Origin: the human T2T-CHM13v2.0 reference genome, Homo sapiens
Length of the DNA stretch: 64,000 nucleotides
NCBI RefSeq assembly: GCF_009914755.1
Contig: NC_060929.1
Direction: 5' to 3' (one strand)
Each line of letters starts with the position of its first letter. The stretch's first letter is position 1. This document shows positions 26,423 to 38,500 of this stretch, piece by piece. Under the pieces are notes generated by a model. It ran no database searches. It saw only the letters and a program-made list of their open reading frames with translations, and was not told the DNA's origin. The translations under genes were made by a program, and so were the position numbers.

Positions 26423-29419
26423 CCACAGTACTGTCAAATAATGACAAGTTTGCAACCGTTTCTATGTGGGGCCAATTATGATAGAAAATGTTACTGCCTT
26501 TGCTGCTTTATCTGATAAGTATAAGCAATAGTATCACCATTTGTCATAATAATACACAGACTGAACATTTGTAAGATACTTCACATTTTACAAAGCAACT
26601 TTCATGTTACGATTTTATCCACCTTCTTAAACACCCCAAAGGAAGGTAATATTTCTTCTAACAAATGAAAATATGTGGCTTATTCATTATTCAACCTCAA
26701 AGCAGCAAAACCAACATAGAAACTGGGGTCTTTGATACAGAAATCTGGTGTTTGTGCAGAGCTGTCATTAAAGCTTTCCTCCTAGAAGGAAAGTATGACT
26801 AAGGTCTTTTGTTTTGTATATGTTGAGATCTTGCCATGCAGCTTGTAAATGTTCACAAAAAGCATGGGGAGTTTTGATACTTAATTACAAGATTGGGTCA
26901 ACTAATATAAAGCCCTGGATTCTCAAGTTCTCATTAGATACTTTTGATGTTGGAGGTTATTGTGTGTGCCAGTGGATGCAGAAGGTTGATTTGGCCCAGC
27001 CTGTCATTCCCCCCTCAAGCCCCCCAATTACCTGGATGATGTATTGGTAGAATAGGCAATGCTACTGAAGAATTCTTTCATCTGAGAGTGAAGATGAAAA
27101 CAAACCAACACATTCTCCCTGCATTGTTCACTAGCTTTTTGTTTTATCCTCCTAAGGTTTGATGTTTGATAATGAATAAATTAGGATAAAATGTGAATGC
27201 ACCCTCTGTAAGGACCCAGCGGGAAACATTGGCTGTTGAGCCAGATCTCAATCAGCAAATGAAAGGGGTTCATTTTGGCATCAAGACCAGGCCTGTGAAG
27301 TCTGCATATTTAGAAGAAATTCAAGATGAAAAAGGAAATATGTGTGCATGATGTTTATGTGTATGCAAGAGAGATAGACTTAGAAAAGTTTCAATTTTAT
27401 GGAAACATCACAAACGAGATAAGCAACTTAATTTCCTTATTATATAATTTATATATAAAAAATTCATCATTTCACTATTGTTGATTAAAGTGGCATATTT
27501 TACTAGCGCACATAATGTTTTACCATTTGGAGGCTGAACATCTTTTGAAACTCATACACATCTGTAAAATACCTACATCGTTGGCATAAACTGTTGCTCA
27601 TCTTCATGGAGACAACTTGAGCCTGATTTAAAAAAATTGTATGGAAACTGGTTTTATATGGAATAACATGAACAGTCATGAAATTGGTGTTAATACTTCT
27701 TCTTCTTTAGTATGATATTTAGATCTGCTTCTCTCTTCCTGGTCTATATGCATTCCTTCTTTCAAAGGTTGTGATATATTGTTATTCTAAGGACAGTGCC
27801 CTAAGGAATTTAATTACATTAATTTAAAGCCAGGATCTGAGGCTAACAGCACTCATACCTCAGATAGTATGTGGTCTGATGCTGTTACCTTTCTCCTCAT
27901 ACCTGCCCTCCACAAAGAGCTGTCACATGACTTTGGCACCTCCCAATTCTTCCCCCTGTCACTCAGCTTTTAGACAGAAGCTGGCTTTTTTCTGTAGTCC
28001 TTTCTTCACCTAGCGCATGCCTGAAGCCTGGAAGCTTTGCTGCAGGCTTAAATTCTTAAGTATGTAAGAGGTTATAGCCATTCGAGGAAAAATACCAAAT
28101 AGGCAAATATGTTTTTCTGGCATGTTCTCCCTCTTCCCATATTATTTCAGACTCTAGGACCTGCTACGAAATGAGCCTTGAGGAAAGGATGTGCTGCTGG
28201 TGGGCAGACACTCATTTTTTATATATACACTCATTTTTTGTATGTATGCATTACCTGTTACTTCTTCTGGGCTCATTTAAACAGTGAACTCTCTTTTAAT
28301 TGTATCACTTCAAACTGAATTTCTAAATGAAAAAAATCTGAGAGTCTAGCTAGCATGTTAGATGGATATTTTGGGTGGCAAAGACACTTTCCCAAATAAC
28401 CTATCACAGATGATGTCTCATGCAACACTTGTATGTAATATGCAATGAAGACATTGTTCCTTTGGAAAGTAACTCAAGATCTTGTACCCTGAGGCTGCTA
28501 CTGTAGTTTTGTTTCAGGCCTTGAATACACAGCCTTAAGTCTTGTCCTCATTTATTTTATGTGATAAGTGACCTGGCTCGAAGCAGGATCAACTCATTTT
28601 TAAATAGAGGCAAAAAGGAACATATAGAGAAATATACGTGGCAGGTTCATTACATTATATGGACATCACAACAATAACATTTTTTTCTTTCAATCTGTAA
28701 TTAGATAAATTTTCTCTTTTGAAAACATGAAAAAGGAAGATGTAGATAAGGCAGCTAACTTTTGAAATAGCCTGGTCAAATGACATTTTAAAAAGAAATT
28801 AAGGTTTTTCTATTCCTTTGAGAAAATTTTTATACTTAAGAATTTTAATAATTAGGATTTCTTAAAGGGACAGGAAATGTAACACAAGATATAATGCTAT
28901 GTATTATACATTCAGTGAGATTAAAAATACACTGAATTAAAAGTACTTTTCTTTTGTGTTATATCTGACTGTGATTGACATTCAATATATTTACTTAAAT
29001 TTTTCCCTTGACCTCTTTTCTTCTCATTTCCTTTTTCTTTATGACTATAAAGCTGAGATTTTTATCTGTTAATTAGTAGCTTAAACTTCTGATGTTAGAG
29101 TTGCCTGGGGCAAGCAAACATAAATGGTTAAGTATTACATTCCTACCATATAATTAACTGACTTTCCATATGTGAAAAAAGAAATGGGAGAAAGGGAGGG
29201 AAGGGAGAGAAAGAATGGAAAGGTGTTACAGGAAAAGTATCCATCAAAGGAAAATGTATTATATTACTAAATAAGTTGTATTTCTTTATAATATCACTAG
29301 GTGGCATATAACTGACTCGAACAAAAAAACTAGAGGAGAGCCAGGAAAGTTGATTTAAAAAAGAAAACAAAAAAGCTATATCTGGGAGTTGTCTGTATTT
29401 GTTTATTTGCCTATACATT

Positions 29420-29545
29420 TGGCAGCTCACAACTCAGATACGTCAGATTTGTATCGGGGATCAAGTGATATAATACATGTAAAAGTGCCGTTAGTGCCTG
29501 GTGTATAATTAGCACTAAATATATGTTAATTTTGTGTTACTAGTT
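29420..29545. mobile_element. MIR fragment
   Basis: ggggatcaagtgatataatacatgtaaaagtgccgttagtgcctggtgtataattagcactaaat. Confidence 0.65.
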
Positions 29546-29926
29546 GTCGTAGAAAGCATTTTTTGTTGCTTATATTGCCATTCAAATGTATAATCTTATT
29601 AATAAGAGTGGGTAAGAATTTCATTAACTAGGAATATGTTTCCAAGTGGTTTATAGATTTAAAATAAAAAATATGAAATGACAAAGTCATAAGCATTTTG
29701 AAATATTTTCTAATTATTTTAAATTTAGGTAAATATTAATGTCTTGTGAAAAATTAGATCCATTCAAATTCAAGAAAGGGTTCATAAATGTGCCTACCAA
29801 GACTCATCACCATGTACTGAATTCAAGTTTCTAAAATCTAGAAGTATAAACATATGTATCTGTATTACACTCATAGCCACAGGCATTTTTGTAACTAGCT
29901 TCTGTTCCTTTAAGAAATGATGGATT

Positions 29927-30067
29927 AGCTGGGGCACAGTGGTATATGCCTGTAGTTCCAGCTACTCAGGAGGCTGAGGCAGGAGGATCACTTGAGCCGA
30001 GGAGTTTGAGACCAGCCTGGGCAACATAGCAATACACCGTCTCTAAAATAATAATAAAATAAAATAA
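29927..30067 (+). mobile_element. FLAM (free left Alu monomer)
   Basis: Single monomer with A-rich tail; TSD tgatggatta. Confidence 0.85.
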
Positions 30068-31019
30068 CTGATGGATTACCAAAATTCACTCCTAAATATA
30101 AAAGAGTTTGATTACTTGTTACACACAAATTTCGCTTCCTTCTTACTTCTATGAAAAATATGTCTCAATACAATAAGAGAGAACCTGCAAGAAAACGGTA
30201 GATTTAATAAAGCAGTTTATATATGTTAGATTAGAAAAGAGAAAAATGGGAAGTTGCAGCAACACCTTAGGGAACTGATGATATTGATATAACCCAAGAA
30301 GAATAAAGATAACTAGTCAATTGATGTGCATACCATACATTTTCATTTTTCAACATGTAAAAATAATGACAGAATTAGCTTGAAACCAGGATTAAAATGT
30401 TCATGTACATTTTTCCCTCTAATGGTTCACTTAGATAGGCAACAATTTGAACACACATTTTGATGATGCCTCAAGTAGAAATTTGTATCACTTCCTCTAA
30501 CAATCCAAAAATATGGACAAATAATTATAGAAAGGAAAAAACCCTAATCTTCCAGTCTTGGAAAAAGAAAAAGACTTGTTGACTACTTACTTTGTGGAAA
30601 ACATATTTACATTTTAACAATTAAACAGTAAGAGAAGTATCATTATTATACATTATCTATGAGAAAAATAAAGTACACGTAAGTGAAAACATGCCCAAAG
30701 TCACTCATCTAATGTATAGAAAGATATGGATTAATGTTAACAGACATTTGTATTAGGCTGACCCTCACGAACACTTCCAATTAACAGATTTTATGGATGG
30801 TGAATTAAAAATACAATGAATTTTCATTAAAAAGTACATCTATATTTGATCACAGTTTTGCAAATAAAGACAGAAATTTGATTTTTTAATGTGCTAATAC
30901 CTTGCATTGGAATTAAGGGTGTGTTTTATAAGACAACAAATTTAAAATTGATTAAGGATCAGAAATTCAAAGTGGGGCAATCACAAGTGATATTTAAATG
31001 ATATAATAATTCAAATTGT

Positions 31020-32600
31020 TGGAAGCCCCTCTACTCCTAGTAAAGTAGATTAGGTAATTTGGACCAAAACTTTCATGAGGATAACTGGAAAACCTGGGGG
31101 AAAAAATAATGTGTTCTGAAAACACTGGAGAGTGGAAAAGATAGTTAACATTTGCTAAACCAGAATCTGAGGAAGAAACGATAGAGATCTACTGAGGTAA
31201 GCCTGAGACTTGGGGTTGTTTCCCCCCAAAAGTATTTGCCATTACTGAACAGCAAAGCCAAGAAACTCAGAGATGAAGTGTGCATTTTTACAGTCTGGCA
31301 TAGACAGGAAGCTAATAATTGGAGTATAGGGACCTTCAAAAGGAGAGGAATTATAGAATCACTTTCACTTAAGTTTGGGACTCCAAAGAGCCCCACTCCA
31401 GGGTAAGAGTGATTTCTATATAGAAAGATTCTTCTGGAGAATAGAGTTCATGTTCAACTAATCTCAATCCCTCAGATTGGATTGAGGCAACCCCAGATTT
31501 CTACTGCCCCCGCATAGCTAGCAGAAGCACAATAAAAAGACTTGGGAACAAGATAACATGTTCATTCTCAAATGATTTCTCCAAACAAATTTCAAACAAA
31601 ATTTTTAAACTACCCAAAATCATAACCAGATGCACAAGGAGTTAAGGCAGCATGACTGAAAGCCAGCAGCAAGAATAAAACATAGAAACAGATCTACAAG
31701 GACTCCAAATATCAGCCACAAATTTTGGAATAATTATACTACTTGTGTGAAGTAATAATAACCAGGATTGAAATTTCCAGAAGAAAATTACAAACTATAA
31801 AAACAAATGGAAATTCTAGCAGTGAAAAATAAAACAGTTGTAATGGAGGTCTCAATGGATTTTAAAAGCAGGTGAGAATTTGTTCAGTGAAAGAACTAAG
31901 GGGAGATATCATACAAAAAGACAAAAATAAAATAAACAAGAAATGGTAAAAGATATGAAGGGATGAATAAGAATGTTTAACATAATGGTATTTGTAATCC
32001 TAAAGTACAGAAGAGAAATGGAACAGAAATACATTTGAATAGATGAAAGACATAAAATCATTTTCCAAAAGACTGTGATAACAAGCCAGATAAATACAAA
32101 AAAATCCACAATTATATCAGTAACTGCTGAAAGCTAAAAACAAAGACAAAACTGTAAAGCAATTGGAAGGTTTAAAAAAAACCCTAGGGTTCATATTTTA
32201 ATATGTTACAGTTAATTTAAAACCTGAGTACTATATCTACAATACAAAACAAGACAGCTCACTGATATTTTCAAAGTGCTGAAGAAAACAACTGCCAACC
32301 AGAATTTGATGTACAGCAAATATGCCTTTAAAAATTAAGGTGAAAAAAATATTTTTAGGTGAACAAATTCTGAAAGAATTATCACTAGTAGAATCTACTA
32401 TTGTTAAGAAAAATACCTCTTCAGAAGGAATACATAAGATCTCATGAAAAATTAGAGATTCATGATGGTAGGAAGAGACAGAAAAATGCTAAAAATGAGT
32501 AAATCTAAATAAAGTTGAATGGTATGAAATGATAATTATTGTGGTTTATATTTTGTATGTGTGCTTATATAATTTAGTAATATATTGTTATATATAATAA
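31020..32600 (+). mobile_element. Old L1 5'UTR/ORF1 remnant (L1M)
   Basis: gatattttcaaagtgctgaagaaaacaactgccaaccagaattt and other ORF1-like phrases; A-rich. Confidence 0.65.
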
Positions 32601-32664
32601 AAATTTTTAGTTTATTTATAATTACTAAGAGAAAAAAAGCACATAAATTGGAAGTTGGAGTTGT

Positions 32665-32722
32665 CACTCCAATCTGGGTGACAGAGCGAGACTCTGTCTC
32701 AAAAAGGAAAAAAAAAGAAAAA
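32665..32722 (+). mobile_element. Alu 3' end fragment
   Basis: cactccaatctgggtgacagagcgagactctgtctc followed by an A tail. Confidence 0.8.
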
Positions 32723-32724
32723 TG

Positions 32725-33358
32725 ATAGTCAAATGCAATGCATGATTTTGAAATGGTTCTTTTTGTAATAAAGGGCATTATTAGGGATGACTGAAAAAAC
32801 TTGGAGCCTGAGGATTATAAAGCAATTATGTGTCAATGTTGATTTTTCTGATTTTGATGATTGTAATGTGATTATACAGAAGAATGTTTTTGTTCGTAGA
32901 AATACACAAGAACGTATTCAGGGGTGAGGGGGCATTATGTCTGTAATTCTTTTTTTTTTATTTTTTTTTATTTTTCCCTTTGTCAGGGCTGAAGGGCGGT
33001 GGCACAAACATGGCTCACTGCAGCCTTAACTCCCGGACTCAAGCCATCCTCCTACCTCAGCCCCCTAAGTAGCTGGGACTACAGGCACGCACCACCACAC
33101 TTGGCTAATTTTTGTATTATTTTATTGTTACTGTTGTAGAAACAGGGTTTCACCATGTTGCTTAGGCTGGTCTGGAACTGGTCTGGAACTTCTCAACTCA
33201 AGAGATCGGCCTGCTGCAGCCTCCCAAAGTGTTGGGATTACAGGCGTGAGCCACCACACCTGGGTGTAACTAATTCTTAAATGGATCAGGAAAAAATGTT
33301 CTCTTTACTGACCTTGTAACTTTTCTGTATTTGAAATGTTTCAAAAGAAAAGAAAAAA
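32725..33358 (+). mobile_element. L1MC-type 3' end, interrupted by AluJ
   Basis: tgtcaatgttgatttttctgattttgatgattgtaatgtg...cttgtaacttttctgtatttgaaatgtttcaaaa. Confidence 0.7.
32950..33264 (-). mobile_element. AluJ
   Basis: Antisense dimer with J-type ggctcactgcagcctt...ctcaagccatcctcc. Confidence 0.9.
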
Positions 33359-33887
33359 GGCAGATAGAGTACCTTCAAAATAAGTGGTGAATTTAGGGGA
33401 CATTTTTGCACACATATAAACACACATGAATGTTTATAAAGAAAATATTGTAAACACCTCCTTCAATAACATAATTTATAGACAAATATTAGGAAAAATA
33501 TACATGTGGACCACTTCCTCTATGACAGATTAACTTGGAGGAGACCAATTTTCCAGTTGAGAACAACTAGAAAATCTAGAAGGATTTTTAAAATATGTTT
33601 GAAGGATTTGGAGAAGTCTCAGGCAGGACTTGAGCAACCAGATTATACATTTTTTCTCTGAAGGCATTTGCAAATATTATCAACAAAGAGGCTGAGAAGC
33701 AGAATAGAAAGTGGCTGCATAGGGACAGGAAAGCCTGACAGAGTTTTTAGTTGTGTGGAAGAACAACTGCAAAATAGACATTTTATTCAAATACATAAAA
33801 CAGTTAAGAATATATTTTCCATGTAGTGAAGTCTCAACCATTTCTAAAGGATGGAAAACACAGAGAACAGGTTCTCTGATGTCTAAT

Positions 33888-34048
33888 AATTCTGTGAATT
33901 ATTTCAAAAGTATACAGAAGCTATGGGTGAACAATTAAAATCCATCCAGTTTCCTCTGACTATATCCCAATTTCTCATAGTCACCAGAGTCACAATTATA
34001 AGGAATTTAGAGGTCGTGAAAGGAAAAGCCTCTTTGGAATTTGATATA
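33888..34048 (+). repeat. 161-bp dispersed direct repeat, copy 1
   Basis: Ungapped match to 35775-35935, about 11 mismatches by hand count. Confidence 0.95.
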
Positions 34049-34219
34049 CACATTCAGAGATCAAGATACACACTTCTAAATAAACTATGGGGCAATAAAG
34101 AAGTCACAATAAAAATGAAAAATGTCTTGAAGTGATTAATAAGGAAAATATTACATGCCAACACAAGTGAGAGACAGCAATAACCATGCTGAGAAATGCC
34201 TAACTTTAAATGTATAAGA

Positions 34220-34350
34220 ATAGCATTAGGAGATATACCTAATGCTAAATGACGAGTTAATGGGTGCAGCACACCAACATGGCACATGTATACATATGTA
34301 ACAAACCTGCACATTGTGCACATGTACCCTAAAACTTAAAGTATAATAAA
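34220..34350 (+). mobile_element. Short 5'-truncated L1PA 3' end (about L1PA3-5)
   Basis: atagcattaggagatatacctaatgctaaatgacgagttaatgggtgcagcacacc...aacttaaagtataataa; 15-bp TSD aaatgtataagaata at 34208-34222 and 34350-34364. Confidence 0.93.
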
Positions 34351-35495
34351 AATGTATAAGAATAAATGCAAAAATAAATGATCTAAAGTGCACTCAAAAA
34401 GCATGAAAAAAAGAGCCAATTAAATGTTAAGATAGAAGAAAGGAAATTAGATAAAGATAAATATTTTAAGCCAACCAACTACACAGCCAAAATTGTCTTT
34501 TAGAAAGGCTAGTGAACTAAATCCCTACTGAGAGTGATAGAGGCATAGATAACCTGAGTCAGGAATAAAAATAGTGATATAACCAGAGAACCCGCATAGA
34601 AAAAAAAAGACATAATTAGAAAAGATTATGAAAAACTTCATGACAACACATCTAAACATTTGGATTAAGTGAAAAACTTTCCTGAAAAATAAAACTTTAG
34701 AAAACTGGCACAAGAAGAGATAGAAAAAAAATGAATAGACCCTTAACTATTTCCAAGCATTCTAGTAAAAAGTAACAAAAATTTACAAAATATCATCTGG
34801 AGAATAGAAAACCAGGAATAGTTCCCTGGTTTCATCACATTGATAAAACCATGGTCGCCAAACTCTGGCGATTTTTATGTAGGCTGGTAAAATTTATGCA
34901 CACACATGCAAAGATTATAAGATATCAAATCACATGTAATCTATAAACAAGACTCAAAAAAGCCCACTAACTGTAAACAAAAAGCTTGATAAATAGGACA
35001 AGAATAAAATTAAGAACTTCTGTTTATCAAAAAATATTATTAGGAAAGCAACAAGGAAGTTCCCAGACCAGAAGGATTAACAAAAACAAAACTAACCCAA
35101 AGAGGTATTTTTGTTAGTTCTACATATTGCAAATATATTTCACTCTTATATACATACTTAAGAATAACATACATATGAGCAGCAAGAACAGTGTGTAAAA
35201 TGTTTATAGCAGCATTATTTATAATAAAATAGCTTAATAAGTTTTTATGGAGTCATATAATGGAATATGTGAATGAATAAACAAGCTGCAGACAACATGG
35301 TTGAGTCTCAAAAGCAGTGTTGAGCAACATAAACCATATAAAGATAAGAACATACTTTAAGGCTCTAGTTACACATAGTTCAAAAAAATAGGCAGAACTA
35401 AAGTGCTAGAAGTCAAGATTATAGTTTCTTTGACAGTGATGGAAAAGGTAACATCTGGGAGGAGAGAGCTTCTGGGAATAGAATATGGTCTCTTT

Positions 35496-35597
35496 TTTGA
35501 CATAGGTAGTAGTTACCTATTGACTAGTGTTTGCTTTGTAATAGCTTGCTTTGACATAGGTAATAGTTACCTAGTTGACTAGTGCTTGCTCTGTAAT
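35496..35597 (+). repeat. Tandem duplication, two ~48-bp units
   Basis: tttgacataggtartagttaccta(g)ttgactagtgyttgctytgtaat at 35496-35542 and 35550-35597. Confidence 0.9.
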
Positions 35598-35774
35598 GAG
35601 TTGATGAAAAAACTTATTGGGAATATCAAGGGATTATAAAAATGTTAAAGTTACAATGTTGAATAAATACTATAACATTAATACTTCTGTAACTGTACTT
35701 ATAGGACAACGTAGTAATTTACCTGGTAATTTTATAAGAAATGGGGACATATCAAAATGTGTATTTTTGTTTGA

Positions 35775-35935
35775 AATTCTGTGAGTTATTTCAAAAGTGT
35801 ACAGAAGCTGTGGGTGAACAATTAAAATCCATCCAGTTTCCTCTGACTATATCCCAATTTCTCATGGTTACCAGAGTCGCAATTATAAAGAATTTAGAGA
35901 TTGTCAAAGGAAAAGCCTCCTTGGAATTTGATATA
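35775..35935 (+). repeat. 161-bp dispersed direct repeat, copy 2
   Basis: Matches 33888-34048. Confidence 0.95.
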
Positions 35936-36377
35936 AATATAACAACCTAAGATATGCCCACACTAAAATGACCTATAGGTCTAATAATAATAATTCTAGG
36001 TTTAATATATTTACACATAAGGAATAAGGCAGCACCCCTCAGGTATGAAAATCATGCTAGCCCTACTGCTTCAGGATATAAATGGACACAGTAATCAATT
36101 TTTTAACTATGCTCTTAAGAATGCCTCTCTAGTAAGAAGTATCAACTTCAAAAGGACTCTTATTTTAGAAACATATGGTACAGATCACTAATAGAAATGC
36201 TTTTTATGACAGTTTATTCTTCATCTTTCATTTAAGCAGCTAGCCACTTGTGGCTTTATGAGGGATGTCTATTTTGTGGCCCTAGCCTGAAATCCTTAAA
36301 TTCGAACATCTCTATGACACTATGATTCATCTTTTTGGATAGCATGGAGTTGAGGATGTATTCTCAATGTTTTCTCC

Positions 36378-36749
36378 TAATATAGTTTGGCTGTGTCCCC
36401 ACCCAAATCTCAACTTGAATTCTATCTCCCAGAATTCCCACATTTTGTGGAAGGGACTCAGTGGGAGGTAATTGAATCGTGGGGCAGGTCTTAACCGTGC
36501 TATTCTCATGATAGTGAATAAGTCTCATGAGATCTGATGGGTTTATCAGGGGTTTCTGCTTTTCTTCTTCCTCATTTTTCTCTTGCCACCACCATGTAAG
36601 AGGTGCCTTTCACCTCCCACCACCATGTAAGAGGTGACTTTCACCTCCCACCATAATTCTGAGGCCTCCCTAGCCATGTGGAACTGTAAATCCAATTAAA
36701 CCTTTTTCTTCCCAGTCTCTTAGCAGCAGTGTGAAAACAGACTAATACA
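36378..36749 (+). mobile_element. THE1A-like MaLR solo LTR
   Basis: taatatagtttggctgtgtccccacccaaatctc...aaacagactaataca; 5-bp TSD tctcc on both sides. Confidence 0.92.
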
Positions 36750-36857
36750 TCTCCCTTGCTGATGATTAACTTTAATGAGTATTTAAAATAAAGTGATGTT
36801 TGGTTATATTTTTATTTGTAAAATCTTATCCTAGATGGTTAAAAAGTGTTCTAGGCA

Positions 36858-37116
<259 letters not shown>

Positions 37117-38189
37117 AAGTGTTCTAGGAATACATTATTACAGTTCTCTCAGTATGTTGACAGAAGGAAATTTTAAAAAATAATCACACAACACTGCCCA
37201 GAAAAGTCTGGGCTGCAAGATAACCTGAACTCTGCTTCCAGCCTGTGCCCTACATGGAGACATCAATCCAGAGGTGGTGGCCTTTTCCTAAACTGTCCCC
37301 CAAAGGGCACTTTCCTGGCCCAAATGATGTCACTATATAGATCAGTTTAGGTTCTGAATTGACCCTCAATTCTGTGTGTGTGTGCACTGACCCAGCTTGT
37401 ACTACTATGGGTGACCCACTGAGATGTAAGCATTTCTTCTTGCAATCAGTCTTAAGGACTGTCTAGCCCATACCCTTCTTATGTGCATCTCCTTGCCAGA
37501 GAGACACTGTGCAAGTGCACTAGTTTTTTCTGCCCAATTGGGTCACATTGCATTCTGTATGCCTCCAAATTCCACTCAAGTTAAATGGAAGACATAGGGT
37601 CCTTTCTCCAGAATTCTTTTGCCTGGGAGCACTATAGTTCTCTAAATAACTTTCTGTCTCAGCTTTAGATGAAGCCCTCGAAGGTTAAAAGCAAAAAATA
37701 TTGGTAGCAACTATGTGCAGACTTTGAAACCAAGTATGGTACTCATTTAGGGCTTACTAAGGATGTGAACATACCCCTATTTTTGTGATGATATCCAGAA
37801 AGAAAATACAAAAGGAGAGATTTTGATTCTGCAATTGAAGAAGGCAAGAGAGAACATCTTAGTAGAGGTGTGTTGGAATGCTACAAAATTTCCCATCCCT
37901 GGCCCCATCAGAGGGCCCCACACTTTCCCCTCACCTCGAAATAGTGATGTGGCTTCAAGGGGATGATTTAGATAATATTCCCCTGAAATGTGAGGAGGGA
38001 GGAGATGGCATCTTGCAGATTCTGATCCCATAAGACCAGTTGCCTCTCGGCACCACATGACCCCATGGTATCACTATTGAAATAATGACAGCCCCAAGAA
38101 GAGATGCAAATAACATGATGGTTGACCTTGCCACTAATAATTAGAATGGGATGTGATAAATACTCTAATAAAGGCATGAGGTTTTAAGA

Positions 38190-38500
38190 GAGTTAAAGGG
38201 AAAAAATGATGAGCCCTGTCTAAAGAACTCTACGAAAAGTGATGGCAAGAATAAAAGTTTGGGAGGGGTGATAGAAGGTGTATTGGGGTTATCCAGCTAA
38301 CTGGAGAAAATGTTCTGGGCAGAAACAATAGGTTTGCTAAGTTTCTGATGAAAGAGAGACTAAGCACGCTTGGATAATGGCCGGGGGCTGAATGCTGCTG
38401 AACAGTAAAGAGCATAGATGCCAAAGGTCATAATCAGAGATGGGCTGGAGAAGAAGGTCGGGGAGAATTTGATGACTTTTTATATCATCCAAATATCCTA
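38190..38500. mobile_element. L2 remnant
   Basis: ggagaaaatgttctgggcagaaacaataggtttgctaagtttctga...gagactaagcacgcttgga. Confidence 0.5.

Larger units (their letters stand above)
33540..35545 (+). mobile_element. Old, internally deleted L1 (5' region, ORF2 pieces, L1ME-type 3' end)
   Basis: 5'-like gagaacaactagaaaatctag at 33560; ORF2-like acacacttctaaataaactatgggg at 34067 and aaaattaagaacttctgtttatcaaaa at 35006; 3'UTR-like aacatggttgagtctcaaaagcagtgttgagc. Confidence 0.65.

Noticed and set aside
33923-35950. Two similar ORFs (GEQLKSIQFPLTISQFL...) suggesting paralogous genes
   Set aside because: The similarity is explained entirely by the 161-bp DNA duplication; the flanks differ.
37190-38110. 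GC-richer block, possibly old LTRs or a promoter
   Set aside because: I could not assign a family, and it is CpG-poor, so it is not a CpG island.
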